DNA of 64,000 nucleotides, from assembly GCA_014361245.1 (NCBI GenBank), contig JACIWB010000001.1, positions 4,622 through 68,621 of the forward strand, written 5' to 3'. Positions within the stretch are counted from its first letter, which is position 1. Each line of letters begins with the position of its first letter. The DNA is from Thermoplasmatales archaeon (GTDB lineage Archaea > Thermoplasmatota > E2 > UBA202 > JdFR-43). The notes under the pieces are model-generated. The model did not search any database, was not told the DNA's origin, and saw only the letters and a program-made list of their open reading frames with translations. The position numbers and the translations under genes were made by a program. Of the stretch, positions 41,704 to 52,082 are shown one piece after another.

Positions 41704-43545
41704 TCATCTGAATTTTGCTCTCTTACTCAGCATGAGCGGCATTGAAAGATTTCTGAAAGGATAACCTCTCATTTTTTCTTTTATTATAAGATTTAACTCT
41801 TTTAAGTTCACCTCTTTTCTATCGCATTCAAATCGGTATCTTGGCTTTAGTTTTCCTTCTTTTTCTTTCTCTCCATATACAATTATTATTGGCACCCATT
41901 CTTTTTCTGCATCTCTTATCTTTTTAGCAACACTTTCATCTCTATCATCGATATCTACTCTCGCCTTTATTTTTTTAGCAATTTTTTTACAATCTTCTAA
42001 AAAATTCTCATTTACAGGAATTATCCTAACCTGTGTAGGGGACAGCCAGAAGGGAAGAGATGGTTTAATGCCTTTTTTAATTTTCATTGCTTCTGTTTCC
42101 AAAATAGCACAAACACATCTATCAATTCCTCCAGAAATTGATGCATGAAGTAAGTAGGGGTATTTTTTTTCTCCATTTTCATCTGTATATGTAATCTCAA
42201 ATGATTTTGGATTATCCACATCTATCTGTACAGTTGAAAGAGCAAATGATTTTCCAACAGAATCATTTAAATTTATCTCAAATTTTGCTACAAAATAAAA
42301 ATATTTTTTATCCCACATTTCAACAAGAGCAGGTTTTCCCCATTTTTTAATAAGAGATACAAAAAAATCCTTATTTTTTTCAAAGAAATCCCTTACAAAC
42401 CTTATAGCAATTTCCCCTTTTATATCAATTATTTTTGACCATTCAACAGATAAAAGAAATTGTCTTTTAAATTCCTCAAGAGATTGTTTTTCATCTTTGC
42501 ATATAGTATGCATATCAGGCATTGTAAATGCTCTCAGCCTCTTTATGCCCGCAAGCTCGCCGTGTTGCTCCCTCCTGAATGACTTTGCAAGCTCAAAAAA
42601 CCTTATTGGTAGATTCTTATAGGAAATATTCATCTCGTGCGCCATCAAATACTGCCCAAAACATGCAGCAAACCTAAGGAAGAACTCTCTGTTTTTATCT
42701 CCTTTCACGACATACTGGCGGGCGGGAAACTTTTTTATATACTTACTTAGCGATGGATGGCTCATATCATACATAATCGGCGTCTCCACCTGCATGGCGC
42801 CCGCGGAGAGGCACATTTCTTCTACCTTTTCTTCGAGCAATCTCTTTATTAAATAGCCCTTTGGATACCATCTCATGTTTCCGTAATCCGAGGCATTTTC
42901 GTAATCTACAATTTCATGCTCTTTCATTAACTTTATATGGGCTGGTTCTTCCTCTGATTTTCTGCTGCCAAAGGCTTCATATTCATAAAATTTTTTTAGT
43001 TCTTCATTATTTGAAAAATCAAATTTTTCTGCTTCGATTAGCTCTCCTTCTGGGGTAAGAATATACCATTCAGATTTTATTTCCTCTTCCCTCCTTTCTT
43101 TTCTGCATATAATATGGCGAGAAAGCTCAGATAGAGGATGCCCTTTACAACTTATTTTAAAGGATTTATACCATCCAAATGGTGCTCTTTTTACATTATA
43201 ATCTTTTTTTAAATTCTCCTCGATATTTTTCAATATTTCAATTGCATTTTCTGGAGAAGCAAGTTCGCTTGAAAGATGGGCATAAGGATACAGCATTATA
43301 TTCCTTGTATTAACCATATCTGCAACATTCCTTATTTCGTTGCATGCTATTTCATAAGCTTCATCATCTTTCTCTACTGAAATAAATGCAACAAGAGCAT
43401 TTTCCATCCTGTCATTTTTTATATCCCTTTCTTCTGCTTTTTCAATTGCTTTTTCTTTTGCCTCATATTCCATGAAATCAGCGTGTATGAAGAGAATTTT
43501 CATGAAGGTAAAAACCTGAATTATATAAAAATTTAAGCATAGCAA
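41704..43545 (-). CDS. thrS: Threonine--tRNA ligase, archaeal type with N-terminal D-aminoacyl-tRNA-deacylase-like editing domain
   Basis: 613 aa; N-terminus MKILFIHADFMEYEAK (archaeal editing domain); class II motif 2 FRREQHGELAGIKRLRAF; motif 3 GGIDRCV. Confidence 0.9.
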   Translation of the reverse strand: MLCLNFYIIQVFTFMKILFIHADFMEYEAKEKAIEKAEERDIKNDRMENALVAFISVEKDDEAYEIACNEIRNVADMVNTRNIMLYPYAHLSSELASPENAIEILKNIEENLKKDYNVKRAPFGWYKSFKISCKGHPLSELSRHIICRKERREEEIKSEWYILTPEGELIEAEKFDFSNNEELKKFYEYEAFGSRKSEEEPAHIKLMKEHEIVDYENASDYGNMRWYPKGYLIKRLLEEKVEEMCLSAGAMQVETPIMYDMSHPSLSKYIKKFPARQYVVKGDKNREFFLRFAACFGQYLMAHEMNISYKNLPIRFFELAKSFRREQHGELAGIKRLRAFTMPDMHTICKDEKQSLEEFKRQFLLSVEWSKIIDIKGEIAIRFVRDFFEKNKDFFVSLIKKWGKPALVEMWDKKYFYFVAKFEINLNDSVGKSFALSTVQIDVDNPKSFEITYTDENGEKKYPYLLHASISGGIDRCVCAILETEAMKIKKGIKPSLPFWLSPTQVRIIPVNENFLEDCKKIAKKIKARVDIDDRDESVAKKIRDAEKEWVPIIIVYGEKEKEGKLKPRYRFECDRKEVNLKELNLIIKEKMRGYPFRNLSMPLMLSKRAKFR

Positions 43546-43575
43546 AATAAATAAATTATTTTATAATTATGAAAT

Positions 43576-43797
43576 ATGAAAATAGAAATAAAGATAGAGG
43601 GGGAAAGCTTGCAGGAGATAGTTGGGGATATAATAAAACTTATTGAAATGAATAGGGAAGAAATAAAAAAATTACTCGAAATTATGGCGGAAGAAGCAAT
43701 TTCTGTATTAAATGATAAAAAAATAATTGAGAAAGGAGCGGAGCTTTACATAAAGTTAAATAAGGAAATAAATTTAAAATACAGGGAAGAAAAGTGA
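43576..43797 (+). CDS. Small hypothetical charged protein
   Basis: 73 aa; no motif recognised; precedes the phosphoesterase gene with a 1-nt gap. Confidence 0.2.
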   Translation: MKIEIKIEGESLQEIVGDIIKLIEMNREEIKKLLEIMAEEAISVLNDKKIIEKGAELYIKLNKEINLKYREEK

Positions 43798-43798
43798 T

Positions 43799-44347
43799 AT
43801 GATTATCATATGTGCTGCTGATTTTCACGGTAAAAAAGAAAGATATGAACATTTTATAAGGGGGATAGAGAAAGAAAAACCAGATATTTGTGTAATTGCT
43901 GGAGATATGGGATATATTGACGAAAGCATTTTCAATAAAATAGATCTTCCTTTTTATGCAGTTCATGGAAACACAGATTCAAATCTAAAATATGAAAAAA
44001 TAAATTTTATTGATGGTAAAAATTTGAAAATAAATTCTCTGAAATTTTCTGGAATAGGAAAATTATTTCCAGAAATAGAAGGAGTAGATATAATTATAAG
44101 CCATTTTCCTCCCTATAAGACAAAAGATAAAGCATTTTTTGGAATGCATATCGGTGATAAGAAATTAAGAAAAATAATGGAGGAAAAGAAACCTTCCTAT
44201 ATTATATGCGGGCATGTGCATGAAGATGCGGGATATGATAAATTTTGCGATACAATTGTTGTGAATTGTAGCGTTGGAAAATCTGGAGAATATACAATTA
44301 TTGATACTGATAAAGGAAAAATCGTTATGGTTGGATACGATGTCTAA
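43799..44347 (+). CDS. Calcineurin-like metallophosphoesterase (YfcE-like)
   Basis: AADFHG, GDMGY, HGNTD, GHVHE metallophosphoesterase motifs; 182 aa. Confidence 0.65.
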   Translation: MIIICAADFHGKKERYEHFIRGIEKEKPDICVIAGDMGYIDESIFNKIDLPFYAVHGNTDSNLKYEKINFIDGKNLKINSLKFSGIGKLFPEIEGVDIIISHFPPYKTKDKAFFGMHIGDKKLRKIMEEKKPSYIICGHVHEDAGYDKFCDTIVVNCSVGKSGEYTIIDTDKGKIVMVGYDV

Positions 44348-46061
44348 CCTTTATTGCTTCCCCGCTTTGGCTTTCTATCATTTCTTCTGAATTCATTTTT
44401 GCAATCCCAACAGCCCTAACTTCATCCTTGTGAAAAACAATTGCTTCATCCCCTATTCTTATTTTTTTATCTGCATCTATTACCCCGCAAGCAAAAATAC
44501 TTCCTTTTGGATAAAAATCTTCTATTTCAACCCAGTAATTTTTACCAATTTTTCTTCCTCCTTCAATGGTTAAAGAAAAAAAACCTCTTTCAGGAACAAA
44601 AGATGCAATTTGCTTATTTTCGTAATATACTTTATAATTTGGAAAATTTCCTCTTACATAGCATTTTTCCATAAATTTTTCAGGTTTTGAAAATTGAAAA
44701 TATAGCATCGAGAGAGCATTTTCATAATCTCTTTTTTCTTTGCTTACATATTCAAAATCTTCGCAAATTTTTAGGGCATCTGAGAGTTTTTTAAGAGAAG
44801 ATGTTGATGTTGGATGCTCTACACATGTATTTATAGCATCTAACTCAACAATTGAAGATATTGGGTAAGGAAGATGATTTATTACAACATCATACTTATT
44901 ATTGTAAATAAATTTCTCAAAACATTTCTTTATTATATCAATTTCTTCCTTATCCCAGTAGCCAATTGTTGAAATATCATAGTGGGCAGATGGATATGTA
45001 TATTCAAGTTCTCTTGGAACGATAGCAAGAGGGGATGTTATTATAACCTCATGTATAACATTTTTATTTTTGAATGAGGAAACTATTTCATTAAATTTTT
45101 TATGGGATTTTGATTTTGAATAAGGTTTTTTTGAAGAGCATGGAAGAAGCAATAATATTTTTGTGGATTTCGGCTTCCTGTAAATATTACAGATTTTTTC
45201 CCTGAACCTTAAAATATCAGGTCTGTAAAAGGAGTAGGGAGATACAATTATTTTTTTTCCATTTACAGGATATCTCTTTTCTTGATAGGCATATTTTTCA
45301 ATATCAATAATTCTTATTATTGATGCAAGATGCGTTGAAAAATGGATTTTTGCTTCAACATATTCCCTCAGATTTCCATTTCTTATATACTCCCTTACTT
45401 TTATTAATTCATTTCTCATCGTTTCATAATTATGAAAGAGTAAATCCTCAAAATTTTTTATACCTTTTCTGCAATAAATGCATGAGCATGGATATTCATT
45501 CATCTCTCTTAAATCAAATTCACCTTCTGAGGTAAAATATATTTTTTTTCTGCTTTTAAAAATTAAGTCAATTGAATCAAAGAGGTCAATTCCGCAATAG
45601 GATAAAACTGGAAGATTTATAGGATTTGCTATTGCGGGAGCATATAAAATTTTGTATCCTATTTTTTCTCTTATTTCAGTTAAATACTCAACAAAATCTC
45701 TTGGATTTGAATAAGCCTCTTTTGAATTAGCCATAATGTATATCTTATTTTCCTTATGAGAGATATTTTTGGATACATAACTGAAAAAATCATTTTCTCC
45801 TAAATAACTTGGAAAATCATCTGGAAAAAAATATGGATAGAATAGGGAAGGGGGAATGCAAAACTCGCATTCCTCTGGATAAAAAAAACTCCCTCCTATT
45901 TTTATTTCTTCCCCAAGTTTGATTTCTGCAAACTCCGGAGTTTTTATTCTATCTGAAGAATACCATAAAATATTTGGAATCTTTAATTTTTTTCCTTCTA
46001 TTTCAATATAACCCTCTCTTGTATTGCAACTCCTTGTATCTATTTCAACTTTCAAACTCAT
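44325..46061 (-). CDS. tRNA-guanine transglycosylase-family protein with C-terminal PUA domain (archaeosine pathway; ArcS/TgtA2-like rather than canonical ArcTGT)
   Basis: 578 aa; Zn-site YPCSCIYC...FHN; C-terminal PUA-like domain. The N-terminus lacks the canonical TGT substrate-pocket start, which fits the archaeosine synthase paralog better. Confidence 0.6.
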   Translation of the reverse strand: MSLKVEIDTRSCNTREGYIEIEGKKLKIPNILWYSSDRIKTPEFAEIKLGEEIKIGGSFFYPEECEFCIPPSLFYPYFFPDDFPSYLGENDFFSYVSKNISHKENKIYIMANSKEAYSNPRDFVEYLTEIREKIGYKILYAPAIANPINLPVLSYCGIDLFDSIDLIFKSRKKIYFTSEGEFDLREMNEYPCSCIYCRKGIKNFEDLLFHNYETMRNELIKVREYIRNGNLREYVEAKIHFSTHLASIIRIIDIEKYAYQEKRYPVNGKKIIVSPYSFYRPDILRFREKICNIYRKPKSTKILLLLPCSSKKPYSKSKSHKKFNEIVSSFKNKNVIHEVIITSPLAIVPRELEYTYPSAHYDISTIGYWDKEEIDIIKKCFEKFIYNNKYDVVINHLPYPISSIVELDAINTCVEHPTSTSSLKKLSDALKICEDFEYVSKEKRDYENALSMLYFQFSKPEKFMEKCYVRGNFPNYKVYYENKQIASFVPERGFFSLTIEGGRKIGKNYWVEIEDFYPKGSIFACGVIDADKKIRIGDEAIVFHKDEVRAVGIAKMNSEEMIESQSGEAIKVRHRIQP

Positions 46062-47005
46062 TACTTAATCAAATTTTTATTAACCCAGTAATCGGGCTCT
46101 TCACCATCAAGAACCTTCAATATTTGCTCCGCACATATTATTCCAGCTCTAATTTGCCCTTCAACTGTGGATGCACCTATATGGGGGGTAAAAATAGCAT
46201 TTTCAAGCTCGAAAAGCGGAGAAGCTTCGGGAGGCTCCTTTTCATACACATCAATGGCGGCGCCAGCAATTCTTTTTTCTTTAAGCATTTTGTAAAGGGC
46301 TTCTTCGTCTACAACTCCTCCTCTTGAGCAATTTATAAGATAAGCGCTCTTTTTCATAAGGGAAAGCAATTTTTCATTTATCATATGGTATGTTTCTTTT
46401 GTCTTCGGGATGTGAATTGAAACAAAATCTGATTCTCTGAAGATTTCTTCAATTCTCTTCAATTTTGCTCCCATTTTTTTGGCTTTTTCCTCACTGCAGT
46501 TCGGGCTGTATACAATTACATTCATTCCCAAAGCATTTGCAATTTTTGCCACTTCCTGAGCAATATTTCCAGAGCCAATCAAGCCAACTGTTTTTCCCTG
46601 CAATTCTATTCCTTCCATCTCTTTTTTCGCCCATATTCCCTTTCTCATTTTTGCATCCCCATAACAGATTTTCCTTGCAAGCGCAAACATGAAGGCAACG
46701 GCTAGCTCCGCAACAGAGCGGGTTGTTCCAGTTGGCGAGTTAACAACAATTATTCCTTTCTTTGATGCAGCTTCCACATCTATGTTATCAACTCCTATGC
46801 CCGCCCTTCCGATAACCCTTAATTTTTTTGCATTTTCTATAATTTCCTTTGTAACTTTTGTTGCACTTCTTACCATCAAGGCATCATATTCTCCTATTTC
46901 TCTTGCCAGTTCTTCTCCTCTCAGTTCCTTAAAATAAACTTCATGCTTTTCCCTTAATTTTTCAATCGCTTCCTCAGATATCTTGTCAGTAACAAGTATT
47001 TTCAT
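46061..47005 (-). CDS. D-3-phosphoglycerate dehydrogenase / D-isomer-specific 2-hydroxyacid dehydrogenase (no ACT domain)
   Basis: GLIGSGNIAQEVAKIANALGMNV (NAD-binding GxGxxG), catalytic His region FTPHIGAST; 314 aa. Confidence 0.75.
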   Translation of the reverse strand: MKILVTDKISEEAIEKLREKHEVYFKELRGEELAREIGEYDALMVRSATKVTKEIIENAKKLRVIGRAGIGVDNIDVEAASKKGIIVVNSPTGTTRSVAELAVAFMFALARKICYGDAKMRKGIWAKKEMEGIELQGKTVGLIGSGNIAQEVAKIANALGMNVIVYSPNCSEEKAKKMGAKLKRIEEIFRESDFVSIHIPKTKETYHMINEKLLSLMKKSAYLINCSRGGVVDEEALYKMLKEKRIAGAAIDVYEKEPPEASPLFELENAIFTPHIGASTVEGQIRAGIICAEQILKVLDGEEPDYWVNKNLIK

Positions 47006-47009
47006 TTTT

Positions 47010-47771
47010 TCACCTTATATTAATCGAAAATTTCTTTAAATTTTTTACTATTCCTAAATTTGTTCCATCCAAAAGATACACATAAGAGTTTTCTATGTCA
47101 GCAATTTTTGGAATTATTCCCCCTATTTTATTTTCATTTATAGCACTACCCCCGCAGAGCGGATTGAAAGAGGGCATTATTACAAAATTCATTTTTTTAT
47201 TCCATTTTCTATATTTATTCAAATTTTTATTTAATGGCCCTCTCACCCAGCAGGGTTTTGTATAATAGGTATAATTGTTTTTGATTTTAAGCACGGGATG
47301 AACATGAGCAAAAACAAGATTTTTTCCGCTCATTATTTCTTCAGATGGCCAAGCATGACCGTGAGCAAATGAAATATTTCCCATTTTAAAACCCCCTGCA
47401 TTATATATATTCGCCCTTTTACTTCTTAAAAAAACATCATGATTTCCCTTAACTATTATTAAATCAACTATTTTATCCAATCTATTTATAAAAAAGCTCG
47501 TCTCTTTTCTTTCTTTTTCCATAAAATATCTATTATTTTTTGCATCAGAACCGCATATCACATGTTTTAAATCTCCAACAATTATAAGTTTATTTGCATT
47601 ATTTTCATCAATTAAAAACTCAATTTTTTTTAACATATTAGATGTCTGAATAGGAATATTTATTCCCTGCATATGATATTCAAATTCTATACCTATATGC
47701 AAGTCAGCTATAACAATCGCCTTTTCTTTTTTTATATACAAAGCCCTTTCATTTGGCAGAGGATATATCAT
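47010..47771 (-). CDS. Metallophosphoesterase (DNA-repair-exonuclease-like fold)
   Basis: IADLHIG, GDLKH, KGNHD, HGH, AHVHP motifs; 253 aa; 4-nt overlap with the upstream membrane protein gene. Confidence 0.65.
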   Translation of the reverse strand: MIYPLPNERALYIKKEKAIVIADLHIGIEFEYHMQGINIPIQTSNMLKKIEFLIDENNANKLIIVGDLKHVICGSDAKNNRYFMEKERKETSFFINRLDKIVDLIIVKGNHDVFLRSKRANIYNAGGFKMGNISFAHGHAWPSEEIMSGKNLVFAHVHPVLKIKNNYTYYTKPCWVRGPLNKNLNKYRKWNKKMNFVIMPSFNPLCGGSAINENKIGGIIPKIADIENSYVYLLDGTNLGIVKNLKKFSINIR

Positions 47772-48925
47772 TTTAGCCCCATTAAATACAAATAGTATTT
47801 TAGGAAAGGAGATATTGTAATATTCATAAAAAATGGAAGAAAAACTATACCCAATATAAAAATCATTAGGAAACCAATCAAGCGAGCAATTGTTCTTCCG
47901 ATATTAATCATCCCAAAGAATTCAAAAAAGGAAGATATTGCAATTCTTATTGGAAAGCCAATCAGTGCAAAAGAAAAAAGATAGATTATTAAGGAAAATG
48001 AAAATTTTAAAAAATCTCTTAAATCGAAAATATTTAAACCCGCAACTCTTCTGATTTCGCAGTTCCATAGGAATATTGAGATGCAGAAAAAGAAAATGGA
48101 CGAAACTATAGAAAATCCAAGATAATTTTTGTCCTTTTCAATCTGCTCTCTCTTAAAAAATAGGGATGGTATAAATATTATTAAGGAAAATATCCAGATA
48201 TAGATAATCCATTTATAACCCAATTTTTCATAAAACTTATTATCTATGAAAATTATTTTTGCCTCACCATAAAATTTCTTTTCTTTTGTTACATATTTTC
48301 CAGTTCCAGTAAAAGCAATCAAAGAAAAATTTTCATTTTTATCCATAAAAAAACTGCCATTTTTTGAAAAAACAAAATTTTTTAATTCAAGAGGTATTGA
48401 AACATTTATCTCTATTTCTTTTTCACTTTTATTCAAGAAAATTATTTCGCAAGGATAAATAAAAATCTCTCCTTCTAATTTTCCCTCAACAATTTCATAA
48501 AATTTTTTTTCATTGTCAAATGTGACAATGCAGTTTTTACCCAGAAAATAAGTTTCGTTTGTAGTCAATATATCCGAAATAACAATTCTTTTACAGTTAA
48601 AAGATATGTTTCCTTCAATATAAACCTCTTCTCCATTATTTTCTATACCATTATAAAGAATGGAAAAATTTTTTGAATATAATGCGGATGCGCCGCCGCT
48701 TATATTTCCAAAAAGCATCATTTCGCCTTCCATTTCTATTTTTGTGGATGGAGCAATTTCTATTCCCTCTGGAAAAATCTTTAGGAAAATGAAAAATAAG
48801 ATTAAAAATAAAAAAATTGATAGAAATGTTATTGCTGATCCTTTACCCATAAAAATATATATGTGTTTGTAAATAAACTTAACTATTGGTTTGGTTGAAA
48901 TTTCAAAAAGGATTTTATATAACAA
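47768..48925 (-). CDS. Hypothetical polytopic membrane protein
   Basis: 385 aa; N-terminal TM, central soluble beta-rich region, C-terminal 5-6 TM helices; no family motif recognised. Confidence 0.35.
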   Translation of the reverse strand: MLYKILFEISTKPIVKFIYKHIYIFMGKGSAITFLSIFLFLILFFIFLKIFPEGIEIAPSTKIEMEGEMMLFGNISGGASALYSKNFSILYNGIENNGEEVYIEGNISFNCKRIVISDILTTNETYFLGKNCIVTFDNEKKFYEIVEGKLEGEIFIYPCEIIFLNKSEKEIEINVSIPLELKNFVFSKNGSFFMDKNENFSLIAFTGTGKYVTKEKKFYGEAKIIFIDNKFYEKLGYKWIIYIWIFSLIIFIPSLFFKREQIEKDKNYLGFSIVSSIFFFCISIFLWNCEIRRVAGLNIFDLRDFLKFSFSLIIYLFSFALIGFPIRIAISSFFEFFGMINIGRTIARLIGFLMIFILGIVFLPFFMNITISPFLKYYLYLMGLK

Positions 48926-48941
48926 AAATATTTAACGAAAA

Positions 48942-50420
48942 ATGATGGATAAACTACTCGGAGTATATCAAGTGTCTTCGCAATTGATGCTTGCAAATTC
49001 TTACAATGAGTTATATGGGTTATTTTCATCTATCCTTAAAAATGTATTTAACTTTGATGCTTTTGAATTATTAATAAAGGAAGAAAATGAGTTGAAGGAA
49101 GTAGAGGTTGTTGGATTGTTTAAATTGCCAGAACCACTGCTATTAAATGGTAAAAAAGGAATAACCGTGGCTTGTGCAAAAGAGAAAAAAACCATATATG
49201 TTCCTGATATATCTAAGGATAAAAGATATATTGAAGGGGCAAAAGGAATGAAAAGCGAGGTTGCAGTTCCAATAATTTATAGAGACGAAGTAATTGGAGT
49301 TATAAATGTTGAGAAAAAGGAAATTAATGGATTTGGTGAAGAGGATATAAAATTGCTCGAAATTTTTTCAAATATTCTGGCTACTGCTATAAAAAATCTA
49401 GAAATAAAGACAAAGCTTGAAAATTCCGAGAAAAAATATAGGAGTATTTTTGAAAATTCGGTGGAGGGCATATATAGAGTTAAGGAAGGAAAGCTTATTG
49501 AAGCAAACAGGGCGCTTGAGGAATTTTTTGGTTATAGCCAAGAAGAGTTAGAAAACATGAATCTTGAAAAATTATATAAAAATCCCGAAGATAGAAAAAA
49601 TTTTGTTGAAAAACTGAAAAGATATGGCTCGGTAAAAAATTATGAAGTTGAATATATAAGGAAAGACGGGAGTATTGTAATAGGAAACGAATATGCAATT
49701 CTTGTAAAAGAAGGGAATGAAGAATATATGGACGGTATCATCCACGACATCACAAGCCTCAAGAAGGCGCAGGAAGAAGCTGAATTTTTCAATGCCCTCC
49801 TGCGCCATGATGTTGCGAATAAGTTACAGCTCATAATTGGGTATCTTGAAATATTGAAAGATGAAGAATTGAAGGATGAACATCATGAAATGATAGAGGC
49901 TGCCTTGAATTCTGCTCTATCTGCAGGCAGGATAATAGATAATGTGAGAAAGTTACAGTTTTTAAAGAAGGACTGGGAAAAAAGAGAATTTGATTTTGAT
50001 AAATTTATTTTGGATCTGATAAAAGAATACAGCAGAGAGGCGAGTGAGAAAGATATCAGAATCGAATATAAAAAATATGGAAAGAAAATAGTTGTTGCAG
50101 AACTTATAAGCGAGGTTATTTCAAATTTGCTTGGAAATGCAATATCTCATTCAAAAGCAAAGAATGTAAGAATTGGAGTTGATGGTGATGGTAAGGAATT
50201 AAGGATATATGTGGAGGATGATGGAATTGGAATAGACGAAGAATTGAAAAAAAATTTATTCAAAATAGGGGCTAAAGGAAAGAATAGCAAGGGGAGTGGT
50301 CTCGGATTATATCTATCGAAAAAGATTGTTGAAAAAATGGGCGGGAGACTTGAAGTAAGAGATGCTATAAATGAAGGAAAAAATAAAGGAACTATTTTCG
50401 AAATATATTTACCAAAATGA
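48942..50420 (+). CDS. Sensor histidine kinase (GAF-PAS-HisKA-HATPase_c), cytoplasmic
   Basis: GAF-like N-terminus; PAS (KKYRSIFENSVEGIYRV...); H-box FFNALLRHDVANKLQ; N-box LLGNAISHS; G-boxes DDGIGI and GSGLGL. Confidence 0.8.
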   Translation: MMDKLLGVYQVSSQLMLANSYNELYGLFSSILKNVFNFDAFELLIKEENELKEVEVVGLFKLPEPLLLNGKKGITVACAKEKKTIYVPDISKDKRYIEGAKGMKSEVAVPIIYRDEVIGVINVEKKEINGFGEEDIKLLEIFSNILATAIKNLEIKTKLENSEKKYRSIFENSVEGIYRVKEGKLIEANRALEEFFGYSQEELENMNLEKLYKNPEDRKNFVEKLKRYGSVKNYEVEYIRKDGSIVIGNEYAILVKEGNEEYMDGIIHDITSLKKAQEEAEFFNALLRHDVANKLQLIIGYLEILKDEELKDEHHEMIEAALNSALSAGRIIDNVRKLQFLKKDWEKREFDFDKFILDLIKEYSREASEKDIRIEYKKYGKKIVVAELISEVISNLLGNAISHSKAKNVRIGVDGDGKELRIYVEDDGIGIDEELKKNLFKIGAKGKNSKGSGLGLYLSKKIVEKMGGRLEVRDAINEGKNKGTIFEIYLPK

Positions 50421-51202
50421 TTTTTAATTCTCACACCCATATAGGAGATGCTTTTATTTCAATTGATAGAAAATACAGTATAGAGGAACTTTTTTCTCCA
50501 TCGGGGATTAAAAATAAAATGCTTGAAAAAGCAAGCAAAGAGGAAATTATTAGTGGAATGAGAAAAGCAATTGATATAATGGAGAGGTGCGGAACAAATT
50601 TTTTTGTTGATTTCAGAGAAGGAGGAATTGAAGGAGTAAAAATTCTTAAAGAAGCAATAAGAGGAAGGAAAATAAAAGCAATTGTCTTGGGGAGACCTAA
50701 AAATTTGTTATATGATGAAAAAGAAGTTGACGAATTGCTTGATATATGCGAGGGTATAGGTTTAAGCAGCGTATATGACTGGGATGAAAATGAGATTGAA
50801 ATGATTGCAAATCATGTTAATGAAAGAAAAAAAATTTTTGCAATACATGCAAGCGAGGCAAGAAGGGAAAATATCGAACAAGTTATATCATTAAAGCCAA
50901 AATTTGTTGTTCATATGTGCAACGCAAGTGATGAGGATATAAAGAAGATAGTAAAAGAGGGTATAGGTATTGTTATCTGTCCTCGTTCAAATTTTAATTT
51001 TAATTTATCTCCTCCAGTGAATAGATTAATTGAATATAAAGCAAATATAATGCTTGGAACAGATAATGCAATGATTGTCAAGCCAGATATAATTGAAGAA
51101 ATGAATTTTCTTATAGAAAAATTTAATATAGAAAAAAATAGAGCATATGAGATGATAAGCAAAAATCCTTACAATTTTTTTATTAAAATGAGGAAATTTT
51201 AA
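50417..51202 (+). CDS. Amidohydrolase-superfamily metal-dependent hydrolase
   Basis: MIFNSHTHIGD (HxH metal-ligand start), later HASE and HMCN motifs; 261 aa. Confidence 0.45.
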   Translation: MIFNSHTHIGDAFISIDRKYSIEELFSPSGIKNKMLEKASKEEIISGMRKAIDIMERCGTNFFVDFREGGIEGVKILKEAIRGRKIKAIVLGRPKNLLYDEKEVDELLDICEGIGLSSVYDWDENEIEMIANHVNERKKIFAIHASEARRENIEQVISLKPKFVVHMCNASDEDIKKIVKEGIGIVICPRSNFNFNLSPPVNRLIEYKANIMLGTDNAMIVKPDIIEEMNFLIEKFNIEKNRAYEMISKNPYNFFIKMRKF

Positions 51203-51227
51203 AAAAGATGATGTATTACATAGGGTA

Positions 51228-52082
51228 ATGAAGGAATCAAAAAAGGAATTTAAAGTTAAGGAGTTGATGAATAAAAATCCTGTAGTTGCTGAAATACCTG
51301 GAAGCAGAGAAGAAGTGCTCAGAATATTTGGAAAATACGAGGTAAGCAGTGTGCCGGTTGTAAAGGCGGGAACTAAAAAATTTGTTGGAATGATTACAAG
51401 AAATCGCATATTTGAAAATCCAGAAGAACAACAACTCGCCCTCCTTATAGATAAAAATCCTATAGTGCTCTCACCAGATGCAAATATAAAAAAAGCAGCA
51501 AAAATATTTTATGAAAGACGCATTCATGGCATTCCTGTAGTAAGAAAAAATGAACTTGTTGGTGTGATTTCTCCTCCAGATCTGTTAATCTTGCTTAAAG
51601 AAAAAACAGACAGGGTGGATAAATATCTCTCACCCTTATGTGTGCCTCTATATCAGGAAACACCCCTACCCGCAGTTATGAAAATATTCAGAATAACAAA
51701 TGCCCCCGCCCTGCCTGTGGTGGATGATAATGGAGAGCTTGTTGGAATAGTTGCGGACGGGGATCTTTTTACTTTTTCTCATCTGCAGGAAAGCGTGAAG
51801 AAATCGGACTTGGGAATAGGGGAGGATGAGGATATGTGGACATGGGAAGGAATAAGAGATGTGATGCGCCTTTACTATGAAACATCAAAAATTCAGCTTC
51901 CTTCTGTGCCAGTCAAGGAAGTAATGGTAAAAAAAGTAATAACAGCCTATATCAAATCAAAAATTTCTGATGTAGCCAAAAAAATGCTTGAGCATAGAAT
52001 TGATCAACTTCCTGTAATAAATGAAAATGATGAGCTTGTTGGCATGTTATATGATGTGGATTTGATGAGTTCTCTAATATGA
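51228..52082 (+). CDS. CBS-domain protein (four tandem CBS domains)
   Basis: Repeated ...VPVV(K/R/D)..G.LVG(I/M)(I/V)...D(L/I) CBS signatures x4; 284 aa. Confidence 0.75.
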   Translation: MKESKKEFKVKELMNKNPVVAEIPGSREEVLRIFGKYEVSSVPVVKAGTKKFVGMITRNRIFENPEEQQLALLIDKNPIVLSPDANIKKAAKIFYERRIHGIPVVRKNELVGVISPPDLLILLKEKTDRVDKYLSPLCVPLYQETPLPAVMKIFRITNAPALPVVDDNGELVGIVADGDLFTFSHLQESVKKSDLGIGEDEDMWTWEGIRDVMRLYYETSKIQLPSVPVKEVMVKKVITAYIKSKISDVAKKMLEHRIDQLPVINENDELVGMLYDVDLMSSLI

